In this document: in pieces, positions 62,261 to 64,000 of the stretch
Layout of the letters: the number at the start of each line of letters is the position of its first letter
Numbering within the stretch: position 1 is the first letter of the stretch
Origin: Octopus vulgaris
Taxonomy: Eukaryota
NCBI GenBank assembly: GCA_951406725.2
Contig: OX597823.1
Coordinates: 62,001-126,000, forward strand
DNA: 64,000 nt
Direction: 5' to 3'
Notes under the pieces: generated by a model
Seen by the model: the letters and a program-made list of their open reading frames with translations, nothing else
Database searches by the model: none
Told to the model about the DNA's origin: nothing
Made by a program: the position numbers and the translations under genes

Positions 62261-62263
<3 letters not shown>
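61810..62263 (-). mobile_element. Tc1/mariner (maT-like) 5' remnant
   Basis: Minus-strand KRKTHSKRSDSIRTPEFIQEVKQNIEDNPGKSM..IRNVVHEDIR; end CAGGGTGCAGACGG. Confidence 0.65.
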
Positions 62264-62324
<61 letters not shown>

Positions 62325-62350
62325 TATGTGTATATACACGCACACACACA

Positions 62351-62397
<47 letters not shown>

Positions 62398-62464
62398 GTA
62401 TATGTGTATATGTATTTATGTATATGTATATGTGTATATGTATTTATGTATATATATGTATATC

Positions 62465-62536
<72 letters not shown>

Positions 62537-62565
62537 TATGTATATAATAATAACAATAATAATAA
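62261..62565. repeat. Compound (TA)n/(CA)n/(TATG)n microsatellite
   Basis: Seen directly. Confidence 0.95.
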
Positions 62566-63700
62566 AACTAATTTTAATTTTAAGTTGGATTCTAGGCATA
62601 ATATTGACAATATTAAAGGTAGAAAGCATATGGGATGGAAGAGAAATAGGGTTTCTGCCAAAAATAACAATTTGATAGGTAACCCACATAGTGATAACGA
62701 TGCACTATGGCTAATAATCCCATATGCAATGCAGATTATAACAGATATAGTTAGAACAATACATAACTTACTATATAGGCACTTTGTTAAGGGTAAGAAT
62801 AAATTTGGCCCAATAATTAACAATAAAACTATTAGAATAGGATATAGCATTACGCATAATTTAGCCACCATCATTTCCTCCTTTAATAACAGGAAATTAG
62901 ATTGCTTCTATAATGATAGAAAGATAAATTTGGGTAGTAGTAATTTGCCTCTCTATAACCGTAGAGGCAATAAATCTATTAGTGCGAACGTGAGCAACCC
63001 TCACGCTGGTTATAATAGTACTACACCTGTAACGACAAATATTAATCTAATGGATGATACTGCTATCTGCAATAGCAATCCTATTGATAAGAATATCGCC
63101 AATAATATTAAACATAAACTCTCGTTAAATTTAAGATTAGGTAGTGGAAATAGGTGTAATATTATTAATAGGAATAGGGATACAGGGAATTTTGCCAAGG
63201 TTAAATTTCCTCAATCTGTTAATAGCTGCAATTGCAGAAACAGGAATCAATGTGTGTTTAGTAATGAATGCCTGAGGAAAGAGGCAGTTTATCAATGCAC
63301 TGTAAATACACAATATAACAGTAGGGTGTACATTGGTGCGACTAAAAATAGTATGAAACAACGGCTAAACTATCATAGATATACTTTTAAAAATAAAAAT
63401 AGGATGAATTCTACGGGGTTAAGTACGTATATTTGGAAACTCAAGAGTAAGAACATAGATTTTAAGTTAAATTGGGAAATACTAACTTCTGCACCTGTAT
63501 ACAATAGTAAAAATAAAAAATGCTCTTTATGTATCAATGAAATTTTCTTCATCATCAAAGCTGGCCTACCCATTATTAATAATATTAACGAGCGGAATTT
63601 TTTTGCCTTCACAAACTAGCGTATACTTTCTCTAGATTTAAATAGCACCTATTTTTTCTACCAGTAATCCTTTAACATTCCTCTATATAGGATTGTACTA
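62566..63700 (+). mobile_element. Penelope-like element C-terminus with GIY-YIG endonuclease
   Basis: [45 protein letters not shown]. Confidence 0.9.
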
Positions 63701-64000
63701 TTGGTTTTTATAATTTATAATTTTGTATCTCCATATATATGTTCTATATTGATTGTTTTTGTCTCGGCCTGAAAAATATACTGAAATATATATGTATTTT
63801 GATATATACATGATATTCTGATCTTCACGGAGTTTTCCACGGGTGTAGGGTGTATATGCGCATCATATCTTAGGGCGCTGGTTTGGGATTTTGTTATACC
63901 AATATGTAACAAATGTGGGTCTATATTTAATATATGTTGTTTATTTTGGATGAGCATATAAGTTTTTGCATGTATTTGTTTGGCAGCCTTACATATTAAG

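Noticed and set aside
62205-62874. Long ORFs rich in YI/HT repeats, including the N-terminus of the 461-aa ORF
   Set aside because: Translations of (TA)n/(CA)n microsatellite; only the part after ~62566 is Penelope coding sequence

Overview
Eukaryotic, AT-rich, repeat-dense genomic DNA; the SINE/RTE repeat families and (TA)n/(TG)n/(ATG)n microsatellites suggest an octopus (inference). The one host gene I can support is a + strand DNMT3-family de novo DNA methyltransferase, most of which the ORF track misses. I assembled 11 GT-AG coding exons from 11866 to 59856 with consistent splice phases (1353 nt, 451 codons). They encode an N-terminal basic region, a PWWP domain and a complete ADD (GATA-like + PHD) domain; the catalytic C5-MTase exons must lie beyond the window end. 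The rest is a nested set of transposons: Helitron, RTE, CR1, Tx1/L1, Penelope, Gypsy (plus a solo LTR), piggyBac, hAT, MULE, mariner and two tRNA-derived SINE families. The most notable structures are a minimal hammerhead-ribozyme motif inside a ~150-bp-arm foldback in an ADD-domain intron, tandem H-type pseudoknot motifs in the RTE 3' UTR, a PHD-like finger inside RTE ORF2, a twin-priming-type RTE inversion and a 9.8-kb hAT-bounded composite insertion. Boundaries of degenerate elements are approximate and were read by eye.
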